Source of the DNA: Balanoglossus misakiensis
Lineage: Eukaryota; Animalia; Hemichordata
Reading direction: 5' to 3'
NCBI GenBank assembly: GCA_040954595.2
Contig: CM082595.2
Coordinates: forward strand, 7,368,193 to 7,432,192
DNA length: 64,000 bases
Positions 63,288-64,000 of the stretch are shown here, one piece after another (position 1 is the first letter of the stretch; every line of letters begins with the position of its first letter). The position numbers and the translations under genes were made by a program. The notes below the pieces were generated by a model. That model was not told the DNA's origin. It searched no databases and worked only from the letters and a program-made list of their open reading frames with translations.

Positions 63288-64000
63288 AAATATAGCTGCA
63301 AGCAGCGATGACGGGCACAAGCTTAAGCCGAAGGTCAAAGGTCATATGTGGTCACCCAAAAATTGGGCAAAAAGTTTTGACTCCCATACTAGTCCAGGTC
63401 CAACAGAAACCAGACCTCTAGCCCTATTGGTTTGTCTGAAATTAGATATGCGCATAATTAATGATGTAAAGTGTAAGACTCTATCAATAGTTCGATCCAT
63501 CCAAACACAAATGCTGTACCTGTTCTGGATGCCGAGATATAGGAAAGTAGGTCAAAGGTCACCTGAGGCCATCCGAAAGTTTAGCAAAAAATTTTGACCC
63601 CATACCAGTCCAGGTCCAACAAAAATCAGGCCTCTAACCCTATTGGTTCGCCTAGAATTAGATATGCACATAATTAATGGGGTAAAGTATAAGGCTTCAT
63701 TAGGAGTTTCATGCCTCCAAATGCCAAGGCTGTATCTGCGCTGGTTGCCGAGATATGGTAAAGTAGGTCAAAGGTCACCTGAGGTCACCCAAAATTGGGC
63801 AAGAAATTTTAACCCCATACTGGTCCATGTTCAACAAAAATCAAACCTCTAGCCCTATTGGCTAGCCTGGAATTAGGTATGCACATAATTAATGAGATAA
63901 GCAGGTGTCACAGGTGACCCCTAATTTTGTCTTTTCAATTTTAGTCACAACCCTCCAAACGCCAAGTCAGTACCTGCTGTGGATGCCAAGATATAGGAAA
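63288..64000 (+). mobile_element. Second related element with ~217-bp tandem units (runs off the window)
   Basis: Starts AAATATAGCTGCAAGCAGC after an (AAG)(AAT)n tract. GGTCAAAGGTCA at 63333, 63550 and 63766; units share blocks with the 237-bp unit. Confidence 0.7.

Overview
AT-rich eukaryotic genomic DNA, not prokaryotic: it shows GT-AG splice signals, AATAAA sites, long (TATG)n/(GATA)n microsatellites and low gene density. The repeat landscape suggests a marine invertebrate, possibly a non-vertebrate deuterostome (inference only). Four solid coding units are present. (1) An L2-group (Crack/Daphne-like) LINE at ~4850-8750 with a 5'-truncated ORF1, an intact APE+RT ORF2 and a poly(A) tail. 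(2) A secreted 426-aa protein (22453-23733, -) made of three tandem ~125-135-aa repeats of a domain I cannot name; this is the most novel-looking gene. (3) An ACSF2-like acyl-CoA synthetase with an intronless CDS and no organelle-targeting signal (34796-36466, +). (4) An orphan class A GPCR with a single coding exon (54650-55753, -) and a duplicated pair of 69-nt upstream exons. The rest is non-coding: several TTAA-flanked Kolobok-like MITE families, other TIR/foldback elements, Helentron-associated (HINE-like) elements with 237/217-bp internal satellites at the right end, local duplications and micro/minisatellites. No tRNA, rRNA or CRISPR array could be supported.
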